64,000 nucleotides of DNA from NCBI GenBank assembly GCA_030605565.1, contig JAUWIB010000105.1, positions 10,650 through 74,649 of the forward strand. Direction: 5' to 3'. The position numbers were made by a program, and so were the translations under genes. Numbering within the stretch: position 1 is the stretch's first letter; every line of letters begins with the position of its first letter. The notes below the pieces were generated by a model that was not told the DNA's origin, ran no database searches, and saw only the letters and a program-made list of their open reading frames with translations. The DNA is from a bacterium (lineage in GTDB: Bacteria; Zixibacteria; MSB-5A5; GN15; FEB-12). This document shows, one piece after another, positions 62,757-64,000 of this stretch.

Positions 62757-64000
62757 TTAGAGTCCAAGGAGTTTCTTTGCTTCGGCTGCGATATACTCGG
62801 CGGCCAGACCGAATTCCTTTATGAGCTGCCACGACTGGCCGGACTCACCGAAACGATCCTGAACACCGATCATGCCAAACGGCTTGCCTTTGGAATCGTT
62901 GGCGCCGTCACGACAAATAACGGCAGCCACGAGATTGCCCAGACCGCCTACCTGATGCTCTTCAGCCGTCAGGATGGCTTTGGTCTCGGCCACAGCGCGG
63001 ACGATCGCTTGTTTATCGATCGGCTTGACCGTGTGCATATTGATAACACGTGTTTCGATGCCGAAATCGCTTTTCAGGATCCAGGCCGCTCGCAGCGCCT
63101 CCGGTGTTTCCGGGCCGCAGGAAATTATCGCCAGAGTCTCATTTTCGTTCTTGTATTCGGACGCCAGCGTTACATCGAACGCATCCACCATGTTCTCGGC
63201 TTCACGTCGCAGTCTGAAAACATTGGCTTCGCCGAATTTGAACGGAGTGCTTTCTTTTGTGATGATCGGCGTGGCCTCGCGGGCGAACCGGATATATTTG
63301 GGGCCGACGATATCGAACAACAACGTCTTTGTCATTTTCTCAGTCTCCACCGAGTCACACGGCACGGCCACGCGCATGTTCGGCAGTCCGGTCATTTGAA
63401 ACAAGCTCTCCAACTCCTGGTGAGTGGCGCCGTCCGGACCGACCGAAACACCGCCGTGAGCGCCGACGACAAAGACGTTGAAGTCACCGTAACAGACCGA
63501 CACCCGCAACTGATCGAGATTGCGCGCCGACGAAAACACACCGTAGGTTCCGAAGACCGGCAGCTTGCCCTCCTTGGCCAGGCCAACTGCTACCGTGGTG
63601 CAGTTTTGCTCGGCCACACCGAGCGATATCCAGCGATCCATGCGTTCCGGATGCTTCTCGTAGAACTGAGAAATCGTGATCGATCCCGATATATCGGCCC
63701 CGATACAAACCACCCGTTCGTCGTCACCATACTTATCAAGCGCGCGTCCGAATCCTTTGCGCGTCGGATCCATCTCAACCTTCATCTGATCGGTATTGTT
63801 CCACCAGAAATCCTTTGAGAACTTCGGCAGGTTATCGGCCAGCCGCGCCTCAATCTTTTTTTGAAACGCCACGCCATACCCCAGCCACTCGTCGACATCG
63901 AATGTCTCGGTCAGACCCAACTCGACCAGGCTCTTGTCGAGCTCTTCGCGGTTCGGCGGTTTGCCATGCCACCCGGCGACGTCCTCCATAAACGAGACAC
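62757..64000 (-). CDS. tkt: Transketolase (C-terminal ~415 aa; 5' end lies beyond the window)
   Basis: The frame stays open to the window edge (...VSFMEDVAGWHGKPP...). Pyrimidine-binding and C-terminal domains are present (RKGFGRALDKYG..., ...GVAEQN...FGTYGVFS..., ...GPDGATHQELE..., ...RDGAND...). Confidence 0.85.
   Translation of the reverse strand, partial: VSFMEDVAGWHGKPPNREELDKSLVELGLTETFDVDEWLGYGVAFQKKIEARLADNLPKFSKDFWWNNTDQMKVEMDPTRKGFGRALDKYGDDERVVCIGADISGSITISQFYEKHPERMDRWISLGVAEQNCTTVAVGLAKEGKLPVFGTYGVFSSARNLDQLRVSVCYGDFNVFVVGAHGGVSVGPDGATHQELESLFQMTGLPNMRVAVPCDSVETEKMTKTLLFDIVGPKYIRFAREATPIITKESTPFKFGEANVFRLRREAENMVDAFDVTLASEYKNENETLAIISCGPETPEALRAAWILKSDFGIETRVINMHTVKPIDKQAIVRAVAETKAILTAEEHQVGGLGNLVAAVICRDGANDSKGKPFGMIGVQDRFGESGQSWQLIKEFGLAAEYIAAEAKKLLGL

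Noticed and set aside
62739-63818. 359-aa plus-strand ORF.
   Set aside because: It is antisense to the transketolase gene, whose translation carries clear family motifs. The plus-frame product has no recognisable features.

Overview
The window is chromosomal DNA from a Gram-negative-type bacterium. Its gene content suggests an uncultured FCB-superphylum-like lineage: T9SS-type C-terminal sorting domain, dockerin repeats, DUF2723, exosortase. That placement is inference only. Coding density is high and most genes lie on the minus strand.

Main blocks, in order:
- 1-3.5 kb: two secreted HExxH metalloproteases flanking a Zn-ribbon gene.
- 3.7-13.4 kb: an Omp85-family gene divergent from a complete type IV pilus/T2SS-like operon (pilB, pilC, two pilins, PilM/N fusion, PilO-like, PilP-like, short secretin).
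- 13.4-14.5 kb: a rhodanese plus MauE/DoxX pair.
- 14.5-16 kb: a gene-poor stretch with a small ORF, a sigma-70-region-4-only HTH protein and a membrane-anchored partner.
- 16.1-26 kb: a seven-gene, tightly overlapping envelope or protein glycosylation operon with two GT-C-fold transferases.
- 26.2-30.3 kb: nusB and ribH-ribBA-ribE-ribD behind a clear FMN riboswitch.
- 30.5-36.8 kb: three tandem GAF-like sensor genes with graded loss of histidine-kinase motifs.
- 37.2-48.2 kb: RNase HIII-like gene, efp, an NtrB-like kinase, pilD, and a Bacillus-like hrcA-grpE-dnaK-dnaJ-prmA-rsmE heat-shock operon.
- 48.3-48.8 and 54.1-54.45 kb: structured GC-rich palindromic intergenic repeats.
- 48.8-54.0 kb: a sigma-54 enhancer-binding protein with candidate UAS and -24/-12 promoter upstream of an operon of unusual secreted proteins, followed on the far (54.0 kb) side of the regulator gene by an outer-membrane beta-barrel gene.
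- 54.5-56.2 kb: tRNA-Arg(CCG) followed by a 1.5-kb islet. The islet is bounded by a 26-nt repeat of the tRNA 3' end that is embedded in a chimeric tRNA-like relic.
- 56.3-61.5 kb: an exosortase-like pair fused to a peptidoglycan-peptide recycling operon.
- 61.6-64 kb: an aminotransferase and a 5'-truncated transketolase.

I found no rRNA, CRISPR array, intact transposase/integrase, reverse transcriptase or recognisable defence enzyme. No single locus shows a hallmark of a known exotic system. The best candidates for something undescribed are the tRNA-bounded ORFan islet with its chimeric tRNA relic, the three-gene pseudo-kinase sensor array, the dual GT-C glycosylation operon, and the sigma-54-controlled operon of highly basic secreted proteins. 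All function calls rest on motifs read by eye. No database search was run.
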